DNA of 64,000 bases, from assembly GCA_963816145.1 (NCBI GenBank), contig CAWFJP010000029.1, positions 384,001 to 448,000 on the forward strand, in the 5' to 3' direction. The translations under genes were made by a program, and so were the position numbers. A model generated the notes under the pieces. The model worked only from the letters and a program-made list of their open reading frames with translations. It had not been told where the DNA came from and did no database searches. Below are positions 13,305 through 24,422 of the stretch, piece by piece. Positions within the stretch are counted from its first letter, which is position 1, and each line of letters opens with the position of its first letter. This stretch comes from an uncultured delta proteobacterium (GTDB taxonomy: Bacteria; Desulfobacterota; Binatia; UBA9968).

Positions 13305-14164
13305 GCGCGATGAATGCTCCAGAGCCCGAGGAGCGGCCGCAAGACAAAGCCAACGTGCGCTTGCTGCGCCGCCGGCGCGAGCGGCCGCGCATGACTTTGC
13401 GCCAGAGAATGCCCGCGGAGAAGTTGCGCAAGGGCGTGTATCTGATCCCGAGCCTTTTTACTGCTGGCAACTTGATGTGCGGATTCTTCTCGATTATCGC
13501 GACGTTTCGCGGCGAGTACGTCAACGCGGCTTTGCTGATTCTCCTGGCCAATGTGTTCGACGGCGTCGATGGTTACGTCGCCCGGCTGACCCGGACCACG
13601 AGCCAATTCGGCGTCGAGTTCGACTCCTTGGCCGACGTCGTCGCTTTCGGCGTGGCACCGGCAATATTGGTATACTTCTGGGCACTCGTGCCGTGGGATA
13701 ACTGGGGGTGGCTGGCGGCTGCCACTTACGTGGTGTGCGGCGCGGCGCGCTTGTCGCGCTTCAATGTCCAGGCGCAGGGGCCGGCCAAGAATCATTTCGT
13801 TGGGTTGCCGATCCCGGCCGCGGCGCAAATGATCACCTCTTCGGTTATTCTCTATAACTACCTGGGTTTCGAGGGTGCGCCGACACGCCACTTGACCTTT
13901 TTACTGGTAATTTACGGCTTGGCTATTCTGATGGTGAGCAATATTCCGTATTTTAGTCTCAAAAATAATGATATGAGGAAACGCCATCCCGAGTGGATGT
14001 TTCTTTCCGGTGTGATTTTGAGTACACTCATAATTGCCCAGCGGCATATTATGTTTTTTACCATTGTTCTACTGTACACGTTATCCGGCCCCTTGTTATG
14101 GTGCTTATCCAACCTCAAGCACCGACGGGAGTTGAGACGGGAGGCGGCAAAAGCTTTGTCGTAA
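13301..14164 (+). CDS. pssA: CDP-diacylglycerol--serine O-phosphatidyltransferase
   Basis: PSLFTAGNL, DGVDGYVAR..TSQFGVEFDSLAD CDP-alcohol phosphotransferase motif. Confidence 0.95.
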   Translation: MSAMNAPEPEERPQDKANVRLLRRRRERPRMTLRQRMPAEKLRKGVYLIPSLFTAGNLMCGFFSIIATFRGEYVNAALLILLANVFDGVDGYVARLTRTTSQFGVEFDSLADVVAFGVAPAILVYFWALVPWDNWGWLAAATYVVCGAARLSRFNVQAQGPAKNHFVGLPIPAAAQMITSSVILYNYLGFEGAPTRHLTFLLVIYGLAILMVSNIPYFSLKNNDMRKRHPEWMFLSGVILSTLIIAQRHIMFFTIVLLYTLSGPLLWCLSNLKHRRELRREAAKALS

Positions 14165-14190
14165 GTCCCTGGCTCAAATAAAGGCGAAAC

Positions 14191-14226
14191 AAACTCCCGT
14201 TGGCCCTGCCGCGGGAGTTTTCATTT
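14191..14226 (+). terminator. Intrinsic terminator / attenuator hairpin upstream of leuA
   Basis: AAACTCCCG-N12-CGGGAGTTTTCATTT; alternative partner CCGACGGGAGTT at 14122-14133. Confidence 0.7.
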
Positions 14227-14266
14227 CGGGGCGGGCCAACGGATTACGATCAAGGGAGACTCTCAA

Positions 14267-15840
<1,574 letters not shown>

Positions 15841-15844
<4 letters not shown>

Positions 15845-16935
15845 ACTACAACATCGCGGTTTTACCCGGAGATGGCATCGGCCCCGAGGTGATGGGCGAG
15901 GGCACCGAGGTGCTCAAACAGGTCGCACAGCTTTACGGCTTTACGGTCAATCTCGAACCCGGCATTGTCGGCGGCGCGTCCATCGACGCCCATGGCAAGC
16001 CGCTCACCGATGCGGTTTTGAATCGCGCCAAGCAGAGCGACGCGGTCTTGCTCGGCGCCATGGGCGGCCCCAAGTGGGACGGACTCGATTATTCGATTCG
16101 ACCCGAGCGGGCACTTCTGGCGCTGCGTCAGGAACTGGGGTTGTTCGCCAATCTTCGCCCGGTTAAATTATTTTCCGCCTTGGCTTCGGCATCGACGCTA
16201 AAGCGGGAAGTGGTCGAAGGCACCGATATGCTGGTGGTGCGCGAACTCACCGGCGGGATTTATTTTGGCCAGCCCAAGGGCGTGACGATGCTCCCCGACG
16301 GCACGGAGCGCGGCGTCAACACGGAGGTCTATACGACGCCGGAGATCGAGCGTATCGCCCATGTGGCGTTTCACGCGGCACTCAAGCGGCGCAAGAAAGT
16401 GACTTCCGTCGACAAGGCCAACGTCCTCGAAGTCACCGAGCTGTGGCGCAAAGTGGTGACGCGGGTTCACAAGCAAGAGGAGGGCTATGCCGGCATCGAG
16501 TTGGAGCATATCCTGGTCGACAACTGCGCCATGCAATTGATCCGCAATCCCCGGCAATTCGATGTCGTGGTGACGACCAATATGTTCGGCGATATTTTGA
16601 GCGACGAAGCGGCGATGCTGACCGGCTCCATCGGTATGCTGCCTTCCGCGAGTCTCGGCGGCAGGGTCGGCATGTATGAGCCGGTGCATGGCAGCGCCCC
16701 GGATATCACGGGTCAGGACAAAGCCAATCCATTGGCGACGATTCTCAGCGTAGCGATGATGTTGCGCCACTCCCTCGATCAGGTGGCGGCGGCGGACCGC
16801 ATCGAAAAGGCCGTCGAAGTTGTCCTCGACGAAGGATATCGCACCGCGGATATTCAAGAGCCCGGCTGCAAGCTGTTGGGCTGCAAGCAGATGGGCCAAT
16901 TGGTCCGCGATAAGATCACGGCAGCGAAAGGTTAA
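15841..16935 (+). CDS. leuB: 3-isopropylmalate dehydrogenase
   Basis: [39 protein letters not shown]. Confidence 0.98.
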
Positions 16936-16941
16936 CGGTTT

Positions 16942-17964
16942 GTGAAGAAGGAAAAATACAACGTTGCCATTGTCGGCGCCACCGGCGCTGTCGGTGAGCA
17001 GATGCGCGAAGTGCTCGATGAGCGCCAATTCCCGGTAGGCGAATTGCGCTTGCTGGCCTCGGAACGATCCGTTGGCCAATTTCTGCCGTTTCAAAATCGG
17101 CAACTGCCGGTCGAGGTGCTCAAAGCGAATTCGTTCACGGGCATCGACCTCGGCCTGTTCTCGGCCGGCGGCAGCGTCAGCACGGAGTTCGCGCCATTGG
17201 CGGTGGCGGCGGGAGCAGTGGTGGTCGATAACACTTCGGTGTTTCGTATGGAGCCGGATATTCCCCTTGTGGTTCCGGAGGTGAATGCTAAGGAGATCGT
17301 CAACTACAAGACTCGCGGGATCATCGCCAATCCGAATTGCTCGACGATTCAACTGGTCGTCGCCCTCAAGCCGCTTCACGACGCGGCGCGGATCAAGCGG
17401 GTGGTGGTATCCACCTATCAGTCGGTGTCCGGCGCCGGGCGCAAGGCGATGGAGGAGTTGAGCCAGCAGGTGGCCGCGCTCTTTAACGGCAAGGAGATCG
17501 AAAAAACCAAGTTCCCGCATCAGATCGCTTTTAACTGCATTCCTCACATCGACGCCTTTATGGACGGCGGCTACACCAAAGAGGAGTGGAAGATGATCGA
17601 GGAGACCCGCAAGATCCTCGGCGAGCCGAACTTGGCAATTACCGCGACCACGGTGCGGGTGCCGGTGTTTTGCAGCCACTCGGAATCGGTCAATGTCGAA
17701 ACCTACGTCAAGCTGTCGGCCAACGAGGCCAGGCGCATTCTGCGCGAGGCACCGGGCGTGATTGTCGCCGATGAACCGGAGAACAATGTTTATCCGATGG
17801 CCATCGACGCCGCCGGCAAAGACGCTACCTATGTGGGCCGCATTCGCGAAGATAAGTCGGTCGCCAACGGCCTTAATCTCTGGGTGGTGTCCGACAATCT
17901 GCGCAAAGGCGCGGCACTCAACGCCGTGCAGATCGCCGAAATTTTGATCCGCGATTATTTATAG
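16942..17964 (+). CDS. asd: Aspartate-semialdehyde dehydrogenase
   Basis: VGATGAVG, ANPNCSTIQ, DNLRKGAALNAVQIAE. Confidence 0.98.
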   Translation: MKKEKYNVAIVGATGAVGEQMREVLDERQFPVGELRLLASERSVGQFLPFQNRQLPVEVLKANSFTGIDLGLFSAGGSVSTEFAPLAVAAGAVVVDNTSVFRMEPDIPLVVPEVNAKEIVNYKTRGIIANPNCSTIQLVVALKPLHDAARIKRVVVSTYQSVSGAGRKAMEELSQQVAALFNGKEIEKTKFPHQIAFNCIPHIDAFMDGGYTKEEWKMIEETRKILGEPNLAITATTVRVPVFCSHSESVNVETYVKLSANEARRILREAPGVIVADEPENNVYPMAIDAAGKDATYVGRIREDKSVANGLNLWVVSDNLRKGAALNAVQIAEILIRDYL

Positions 17965-18010
17965 GTTTTCATTGATAGCTGGATGGCGACTTGACGGCTG
18001 CTTTCCGACC

Positions 18011-18096
18011 CGTCATTCCGGCGCACGCCGGAATCCAACTTCATGTTCGTTACGCCAAGTGAATCAGGATGGATGCCGGCTTCCGCCGGCATGACG
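18011..18096 (-). repeat. REP/REPIN-like palindrome doublet, copy 1 (inverted relative to copies 2 and 3)
   Basis: GTCATTCCGGCGCACGCCGGAATCCA...TGGATGCCGGCTTCCGCCGGCATGAC. Confidence 0.85.
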
Positions 18097-18158
18097 AATC
18101 TTCGCACAACCTTAAGGCAAGCGGTTGCAGTCAGTCCCGAGCGGGAAATTATTCTGTC

Positions 18159-18899
18159 GTGAACGTCAAACTCACTGTTGAATACGACGGCACCAACTAC
18201 CATGGTTGGCAAGTTCAGACCAATTGCATATCCATCCAGGCGGTCTTAGAGCAAGCTGTCTCGACCTTCGTCGGCGCGCCCACCCATGTCACCGGATCGG
18301 GGCGCACCGATGCCGGCGTCCATGCCCTCGGCCAGGTGGCAAATTTTTTCACTGACAAGGATTACCATCCGTACAAAATACTCCGTGGCCTCAACGCCCT
18401 GACGCCGCGGGACATCACCGTCAAAGCTGTCGAGATCGTCGATGACTCCTTCGACGCCCGCCGCGATGGCCGGAGCCGTTTGTACGAATATCTAATCCTC
18501 AACCGTTCGACGCCTTCGCCCTTCTACCGCAATCGCGCTTGGCACATCCACGAGCCGTTGGATGCCGAAGCAATGGCCAAAGCCATTGAGTGCCTGATCG
18601 GCGAGCATGATTTCTCATCGTTCCGCGCCGCTAATTGCGACGCGCCGCATCCGGTTCGGACCATCTATCAGAGCCGTTTAGAACGGCGCGGCGAGCTGCT
18701 GGTTTGCACCATCGAAGGCACGGCGTTCTTGCGCCACATGGTGCGCAACATCGTCGGCACGCTCGCCGATGTCGGCCGTGGCCTTCGTACGCCGCAATCG
18801 TTCGCCGATTTGCTCGCAGAACGTGACCGCACCAAGGCCGGTTACACCGCGCCGCCGGATGGATTGTATCTGGTCCAGGTCAAGTACGACCCGGCCTAG
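18159..18899 (+). CDS. truA: tRNA pseudouridine(38-40) synthase
   Basis: EYDGTNYHGWQ, GSGRTDAGVHALGQ, FLRHMVRNIVG. Confidence 0.96.
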   Translation: MNVKLTVEYDGTNYHGWQVQTNCISIQAVLEQAVSTFVGAPTHVTGSGRTDAGVHALGQVANFFTDKDYHPYKILRGLNALTPRDITVKAVEIVDDSFDARRDGRSRLYEYLILNRSTPSPFYRNRAWHIHEPLDAEAMAKAIECLIGEHDFSSFRAANCDAPHPVRTIYQSRLERRGELLVCTIEGTAFLRHMVRNIVGTLADVGRGLRTPQSFADLLAERDRTKAGYTAPPDGLYLVQVKYDPA

Positions 18900-18953
18900 T
18901 CTCACGAACAGAAGTTCATTGAACAATTCACGGCAGCGATTCCCGTGATCCGC

Positions 18954-18991
18954 AAAATCTCCCCTGGCCCCTCTTTTCCAAAGAGGGGTAA
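18954..18991. repeat. CCCCTCTTT/AAAGAGGGG palindromic element (related copy at 49382-49437)
   Basis: AAATCTCCCCTGGCCCCTCTTTTCCAAAGAGGGG. Confidence 0.65.
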
Positions 18992-19039
18992 CCGAGAGCT
19001 TGGCAAATCTTGACCGGCGTCGCAGCGGGCGCTTTTGCA

Positions 19040-19068
19040 TTGACACCCCGCGGCGATTTACTTATACC
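19040..19068 (+). promoter_or_regulatory. Candidate sigma70 promoter
   Basis: TTGACA-N17-TATACC. Confidence 0.5.
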
Positions 19069-19112
19069 CAAGCGGTGTAATTTTGTTCGCTCATACAGGA
19101 GGTGGTCGGCCC

Positions 19113-20033
19113 ATGATGCCCCAGCATGACAATTTTTACGATGTTTATTCCAAAGCGAAAAAGCTCAAGATCAAATGGCCCAATGGCGCGCGCATGGCGA
19201 TTGCGCTGGCGGGAAATTTAGAAGCCTGGACGGAAATCCCCAACGCCAAGCACCGGCGCACGCATCATGTCGGCGGCAGCAATCCGATCAAAGAAGACGA
19301 CGTGGTGTCGCAGTATGATTGCCGCACCGCCAGTGAAAACGATTACGGCGGCCGCACCGGCGTGTGGCGCATTCTGCGCATACTCGACAAATACGGCGTC
19401 AAGGCGTCGTTCAACACCAACGCGCTGTGCATCCACCGCTATCCCGAAGCGGTCAAGGCCGTACACGAGCGCGGCCATGAGATCGTCGGCCATTCCTACG
19501 CCGAAGATATTCAACTCACCCAGCTCACCGCCGAGCAGGAACGCGACGAGATTCGCACCTGCGCCAAGATGTTCGAGGATTTCACCGGCGTGCGGCCGAC
19601 GGGTTGGTTGACATCCGGCATGCGCCACACCGAGCGCACGCTAGGCATCCTCGCCGACGAGGGCTTCGCCTGGCATGGCGACGCGGTCAACGACGACAAC
19701 CCTTATCCGGCGGTGGTCAACGGCAAGACCATGATCATCGTGCCGTATAAAAACGCCGTCAGCGGACTCAACGACACCGGCATGTACCGCCGCGGCATTA
19801 CCGCGCGCGATGTCTTCAATTCCTTCAAGGATGAATTCGATCTGCTTTACGAAGAGTCGGCGACCGAACCGAAGATGTTGACGCTGGCGATGCACTGCCA
19901 GATGGCCTTTCCCGCCACCGGCAAAGTCTATGACGAGTGCATCAAGTACGCCAAGTCGTTTCCCGATTTGTGGTTCGCCAAGCGTTGCGAGATCGTCGAG
20001 TGGGTGAAACAAGAATTGCCTGTAAAACCGTAA
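19113..20033 (+). CDS. Polysaccharide deacetylase (CE4/PuuE-like) family protein
   Basis: WPNGARMA, DYGGRTGVWRIL, GHEIVGH, RPTGW, FDLLYEE..KMLTLAMH. Confidence 0.85.
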   Translation: MMPQHDNFYDVYSKAKKLKIKWPNGARMAIALAGNLEAWTEIPNAKHRRTHHVGGSNPIKEDDVVSQYDCRTASENDYGGRTGVWRILRILDKYGVKASFNTNALCIHRYPEAVKAVHERGHEIVGHSYAEDIQLTQLTAEQERDEIRTCAKMFEDFTGVRPTGWLTSGMRHTERTLGILADEGFAWHGDAVNDDNPYPAVVNGKTMIIVPYKNAVSGLNDTGMYRRGITARDVFNSFKDEFDLLYEESATEPKMLTLAMHCQMAFPATGKVYDECIKYAKSFPDLWFAKRCEIVEWVKQELPVKP

Positions 20034-20088
20034 GGAGTGAGGGGTAAGGGGTGAGGGGACGCCTAACTTTTCACGCCTTACCCCTTAC
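20030..20088. repeat. Inverted 7-mer short tandem repeat element
   Basis: GTAAGGA GTGAGGG GTAAGGG GTGAGGG ... TCACG CCTTACC CCTTAC. Confidence 0.7.
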
Positions 20089-20102
20089 TAATCGGAGGAT
20101 TC

Positions 20103-21485
20103 ATGTGCGATACAGCCGATGACGGCGTGGGGATCAGCGATTCGATACCGCGTGAATTGCAATTGCGCAATCGCGGATTGCGCACGGCGGATATTTCGCC
20201 GTTGATGCCGTTTGCCCGGACGCTGGCCAATTCGCGGGAAAACCGCGACAGCCATATCGGTTTTGTCGGCTACGACAAGACCAAGGCGGGCAATAAGATT
20301 CTGATCGCCATCGACCGCGAGTACGATCTCGACGTGCCCCACGCGGTGGCGGCGGCGCTGCGCGAGAAGGGCGCCCATGTCGATATCTTGGTCGCTGACA
20401 TGGGCAATCCCGACCGTGTGTTCGATTACACCGACGAAGTCGAAGTGATCATGCGGCGCGAACCCTGGGACAAAAATCCCCGGCGCTGGGAGGGGATGCC
20501 TTACATCGAAGACTTCGCCCTGCGCGGCGGCTACGATCTGTTGATCCACGGCAAGGGCGGACCGATTCCGAAAACCGAGTTCCGCTACGAACAGATTCCC
20601 TGGCTGCGCGCCGAGCATTTCTTGCAGCGCTCGACGACCTATCCGCTCGATCTGCATCTGCTGATCAACAAGAAAACCTGGGACCCGATCTGGGAGTATG
20701 GACGCGGCGGGCGTGCCCGGCTGACCGACGCCGAAGGCACGGATCTCTCCTGGACCTATTGGGATGAATATTACGACGGCACGCGCTACGGCTTCTCGTC
20801 GACACCGCGCAACGGCCATCTATTCGGCCATCCGGTGCCGCCGATCATCGCCAAGGAAGACGCCGCCGGCGTGGTGGCGGGGACGACCAGCCATTTCTCG
20901 AAGGCGTTTCCGCAAGTTAAAGTCGAGTTGGAGGGCGGCCAGATCGTCAAAGTGCACGGCGGCGCAGCCTACGGCGACGCTTGGCGCACGTTATTGGACG
21001 AAAGCCGCAATACCAAGTATCCCTGCTTCCCGCGTCCAGGACTGTTTTACCTCTGGGAAGTGGCCATCGGGACGAATCCTAAGATCATGCGGCCGAGCGG
21101 CATCGAGAAACATTCTTCCGGCGGTTTCGAGTGGGAGCGGCGCCGTTCCGGCGTGATCCACATGGGCTTCGGCACACTGTGGCGTTCCGATGAAGAAAAA
21201 TGGGCCGGCGAGAACGGCATTCTCTACGGCCATCTGCATATTCACTTGCTGTTCCCGACCTTCAACATCACGACCACGAGCGGCAAGGAATACACCATCA
21301 TCCGCAACGGCAGGCTTACGGCGCTCGATGATCCGGAAGTGCGCAAGCTCGCCGAGAAATACGGCGACCCAGACGATCTCTTGCGCGAAGACTGGGTGCC
21401 GCAGATCCCCGGCATCACTGCGGCCGGTTCGTACGAAGACTATGCGCGCGAGCCGGGGAAGTGGATCTATTCGAAAAGTGCGTGA
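20103..21485 (+). CDS. Hypothetical protein with thermophilic metalloprotease (M29)/aminopeptidase-like C-terminal fold
   Basis: GTDLS, WEVAIGTNPK, RRSGVIHMGFG, GHLHIH motifs; good codon bias and GGAGG RBS. Confidence 0.6.
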   Translation: MCDTADDGVGISDSIPRELQLRNRGLRTADISPLMPFARTLANSRENRDSHIGFVGYDKTKAGNKILIAIDREYDLDVPHAVAAALREKGAHVDILVADMGNPDRVFDYTDEVEVIMRREPWDKNPRRWEGMPYIEDFALRGGYDLLIHGKGGPIPKTEFRYEQIPWLRAEHFLQRSTTYPLDLHLLINKKTWDPIWEYGRGGRARLTDAEGTDLSWTYWDEYYDGTRYGFSSTPRNGHLFGHPVPPIIAKEDAAGVVAGTTSHFSKAFPQVKVELEGGQIVKVHGGAAYGDAWRTLLDESRNTKYPCFPRPGLFYLWEVAIGTNPKIMRPSGIEKHSSGGFEWERRRSGVIHMGFGTLWRSDEEKWAGENGILYGHLHIHLLFPTFNITTTSGKEYTIIRNGRLTALDDPEVRKLAEKYGDPDDLLREDWVPQIPGITAAGSYEDYAREPGKWIYSKSA

Positions 21486-21620
21486 TCCTGTTGGTGGCTC
21501 GTGCTCGCACTCGTTTCGGACAGAGTGGCAATCATTAGCACAAACGGACCGTGCGACGGCGAGCTAATGTCCCTTTCTGGGATGGTTGAAATCCCTTGCC
21601 TTCAGGCGAAGAGAGGATTT

Positions 21621-21704
21621 GTCATGCCGGCGAAGGCCGGCATCCATCTTCGGTTTCGTTGGCAGGCCAAAGAAGACCTGGATTCCGGCCTACGCCGGAA
21701 TGAC
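21621..21704 (+). repeat. REP/REPIN-like palindrome doublet, copy 2
   Basis: GTCATGCCGGCGAAGGCCGGCATCCA...TGGATTCCGGCCTACGCCGGAATGAC. Confidence 0.85.
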
Positions 21705-21817
21705 GAAAGGAAGAGTCGACTTCTAATCGACGAATTCAGAACCCGTCGCCTTGGAGCGGAGGGTCATTCAGCTGACTTCGAGCACTGACTTTTTGCAAGG
21801 TTGCGCTAATTACCGTC

Positions 21818-22162
21818 GTGAAGCTGCCTTACGGTGCCAAAGCCATCGCCGATATTCGAAAAGTGCGGGATTATTGCCTGAATCCGGACAACCCGCGGGG
21901 GCGACATAAAGCAAGAGTGTTCAAGACCGCGATCGGGTATACCTCCAATGACGCGGCTAAACTTCGACGCAGGTTGCTCCAGGCTGCTGAGGCCGGCGAC
22001 GCTCAACAACGAGAACTTGATCTCTACGGGCAGCGCTATACCATAGACTTTGAGATTCAAACGGAAATTGGCCAGGCTACGATACGAAGCGGCTGGATCA
22101 TTTTGCGGGGCAGCCGTTTTCCTCGGTTAACAACTTGTTATGTGACGAAGCGGGGGCGCTGA
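21818..22162 (+). CDS. DUF6883-like protein (putative toxin)
   Basis: KLP...KVRDYCLNPDNPRGRHKARVF...YGQRY...SGWII...PRLTTCYV. Confidence 0.75.
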   Translation: MKLPYGAKAIADIRKVRDYCLNPDNPRGRHKARVFKTAIGYTSNDAAKLRRRLLQAAEAGDAQQRELDLYGQRYTIDFEIQTEIGQATIRSGWIILRGSRFPRLTTCYVTKRGR

Positions 22163-22392
22163 TGCAGAAGCGGAAAATCAAGTTGCTCGACACAGTTGCA
22201 TTGGTGAAGGACATTCCATCGAGGAAACTGAAGCGCGGCGAGGTAGGCACTATTGTGGAGATTTTAGCGCCGGAGGTTTTTGAGGTCGAATTCTGTGATG
22301 AGGACGGGCAAACCTATGCGGAGTTGGCGCTGCGCGCTGACCAGATCATCCCGCTCCACAATCGCGGCGATGCCCTGAGAATCGTCGCGTAA
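22162..22392 (+). CDS. DUF4926 domain protein (putative antitoxin)
   Basis: KLLDTVAL..D...L.RGEVGTIVE.....FEVEFCDEDGQTYA; TGATG coupling to upstream gene. Confidence 0.85.
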   Translation: MQKRKIKLLDTVALVKDIPSRKLKRGEVGTIVEILAPEVFEVEFCDEDGQTYAELALRADQIIPLHNRGDALRIVA

Positions 22393-22644
22393 ATCGCGCG
22401 ACCGGGCGGGATTTGCCCAGCCAGTCAACAATGTTCAGGGTGTTCGCCTCACATCCATTGTGCTGCTCCATGCCATGACGGCAAATCGCCATAACGAGCG
22501 GGCTCGGCAAAGAAATTACGAATCCCTAACGATTTAAGTTTTTGTCTGATTTGTGACGATGCGGGGTCGCCGCCGCATTGAGATTACAAACTTTGAACTC
22601 GTAAAAAAGACGGACTGGACGACGATATTGAGCTTCGATGTTGT

Positions 22645-22660
22645 ACATCAATATTGATGT
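22645..22660. promoter_or_regulatory. Palindromic operator of the downstream TA operon
   Basis: Perfect 16-bp palindrome ACATCAATATTGATGT 9 nt before the toxin ATG. Confidence 0.65.
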
Positions 22661-22669
22661 TGTAGCGTT

Positions 22670-23023
22670 ATGGAATTTGCGGTAGAGTTTTACCAGACGG
22701 CATCGGGAAGGCTCCCGGTGCAAGAGTTCTTGGATGATCTCAAGAGCAGCGATCCTAACGATTTTGCAGCGGTGGTCGCGGGGCTCGCGAAGTTGCGTGA
22801 CAGCCGATATCACCGCGAGCCGTTGTCCAAGGCGATTGGCGGTGGACTGTTCGAACTCCGCCATGTGGGCAAGCTGAACACTCGGGTGCTATGGTATTTC
22901 ATGAAAAATCGGCGGATTATTTTGCTCCACGGAATTCGCAACAAGGCGCGAGCAATAGCGGCCCGCGATCTGGCGACTGCCAAGGAGCGCATGAACGACT
23001 GGCAAAATAGAGCCGCACGATGA
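22670..23023 (+). CDS. RelE/ParE (Gp49/HigB-like) toxin
   Basis: VEFYQTASGRLPVQEFL...GLFELR...RVLWYF...IILLHG. Confidence 0.85.
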   Translation: MEFAVEFYQTASGRLPVQEFLDDLKSSDPNDFAAVVAGLAKLRDSRYHREPLSKAIGGGLFELRHVGKLNTRVLWYFMKNRRIILLHGIRNKARAIAARDLATAKERMNDWQNRAAR

Positions 23024-23388
23024 AAAAAACCAATTTCGATCGTTACCTCGACCGTCAAATGCAGGATTCGGCGTTCGCCGCCCGCTTCAAAGACGCCGGC
23101 GAAGCATGGGATGTCGCTATGCAAATTGCCGCGCTACGCAAGCAGGCCGGGATTTCCCAAAAACAACTCGCCAAGCTTCTCCGAACGTCTCAACAGCAAG
23201 TCAGCCGTCTGGAATCTCCGAGCTACGAGGGGCACTCGCTGAGCATGCTGCGCCGCGTCGCCGATGCGTTGCACGCCCGCATTCGAGTCGTCTTCGAAGC
23301 AACACCATCGTCCGACAGGATGTCGGTAGCGGAACACCCAGCGCCCTACCGTAGAGCCCGCCGCGTGGGCAAACGGCATGGATACTGA
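23020..23388 (+). CDS. XRE-family HTH antitoxin (HigA-like)
   Basis: LRKQAGISQKQLAKLLRTSQQQVSRLE; ATGA overlap with toxin. Confidence 0.88.
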   Translation: MKKTNFDRYLDRQMQDSAFAARFKDAGEAWDVAMQIAALRKQAGISQKQLAKLLRTSQQQVSRLESPSYEGHSLSMLRRVADALHARIRVVFEATPSSDRMSVAEHPAPYRRARRVGKRHGY

Positions 23389-23449
23389 CACTGTTCGAGA
23401 CTCTTTCAGCCCTAATCGAATGGGTGGAATGCGCTTGGCGATTCCCGTA

Positions 23450-23500
23450 AACGACTTGAACGGAGCGCAGCGGTTGAACGTTGTGAACCACTTGAACGGC
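23450..23500 (+). repeat. TTGAAC-type 9-mer repeat half element (full inverted copy at 48525-48632)
   Basis: CTTGAACGGAGCGCAGCGGTTGAACG nearly identical to 48587-48612. Confidence 0.7.
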
Positions 23501-24235
23501 TTGGTTGTTAAGTTTGTCACGCTTTGCCTCGCCAGCCTGGTTTTCGTCGCCGGCTGCAACGGCGGCGAAACGCCGTACGGGGGTCAAGACTGGCAAGCGC
23601 AGCGCCAGCGCATGGTGCACGAGCAGCTGCGCGGGCGCGACATCGATAACGCGCGGGTTCTCGATGCGATGCTCGCGGTGCCGCGTCATCTGTTCATTCC
23701 GGAGTCCGAGCGCGGCCGGGCCTACGGCGACTTTCCCGTGGCGATCGGCCACGGCCAGACGATCTCGCAGCCTTATATCGTGGCCTTCATGACCCAGGAG
23801 TTGGCTGTCGAGCCCAGTCATCGCGTGCTCGAGATCGGCACCGGCTCCGGTTATCAAGCGGCCGTGCTGAGTCTCCTCGCCAAGGAGGTGTATACCATCG
23901 AGATCGTCAGCCCTTTGGCCGAGCGGGCGCGCGAGACCCTCGCAAGCCTCGGCTATCGCAACGTCGAGGTGCGCGCCGGCAATGGTTACCTCGGCTGGCC
24001 GGAAAAGGCGCCCTTCGACCGCATCATGGTGACAGCCGCCCCGGACGAGATACCGGCGCCCTTGATAGAGCAGCTCAAAATCGGCGGCTTAATGGCGATC
24101 CCGGTCGGCACCGATAGCCAGGAACTGCGCATCCTGCGCAAAACCCCGGCGGGAATGGTGACGCTCAGAACGCTACCCGTGCGCTTCGTCCCTATGACGG
24201 GGAAACCTCCGGCCGCGGGTGGCGCGGCTAAATAA
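23501..24235 (+). CDS. pcm: Protein-L-isoaspartate O-methyltransferase (start uncertain)
   Basis: VPRHLF, GQTISQPY, VLEIGTGSGYQAA, APFDRIMVTAA, VRFVPM. Confidence 0.93.
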   Translation: MVVKFVTLCLASLVFVAGCNGGETPYGGQDWQAQRQRMVHEQLRGRDIDNARVLDAMLAVPRHLFIPESERGRAYGDFPVAIGHGQTISQPYIVAFMTQELAVEPSHRVLEIGTGSGYQAAVLSLLAKEVYTIEIVSPLAERARETLASLGYRNVEVRAGNGYLGWPEKAPFDRIMVTAAPDEIPAPLIEQLKIGGLMAIPVGTDSQELRILRKTPAGMVTLRTLPVRFVPMTGKPPAAGGAAK

Positions 24236-24385
24236 AGTTCTCGATGAAAAATCCGGAAGAGCTATCTATTTTTATGGGCTTAGCGTCTGCGGTTCGCGCT
24301 GGTATCGCCGCTATCGATTGTCGGCTTTCGGCCGGTGGCGGTTTCGACGCCTGCGTAAATTGACGATTGTCACGCGACGGTTTAC

Positions 24386-24409
24386 GTGGAGCTAACGGAT
24401 TATCACTGA
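24386..24409 (+). pseudogene. higB toxin remnant (last 7 codons plus stop)
   Basis: GTG GAG CTA ACG GAT TAT CAC TGA = VELTDYH*, the conserved HigB C-terminus, 13 nt before higA. Confidence 0.7.
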
Positions 24410-24422
24410 TTCGAGGTGCGCG

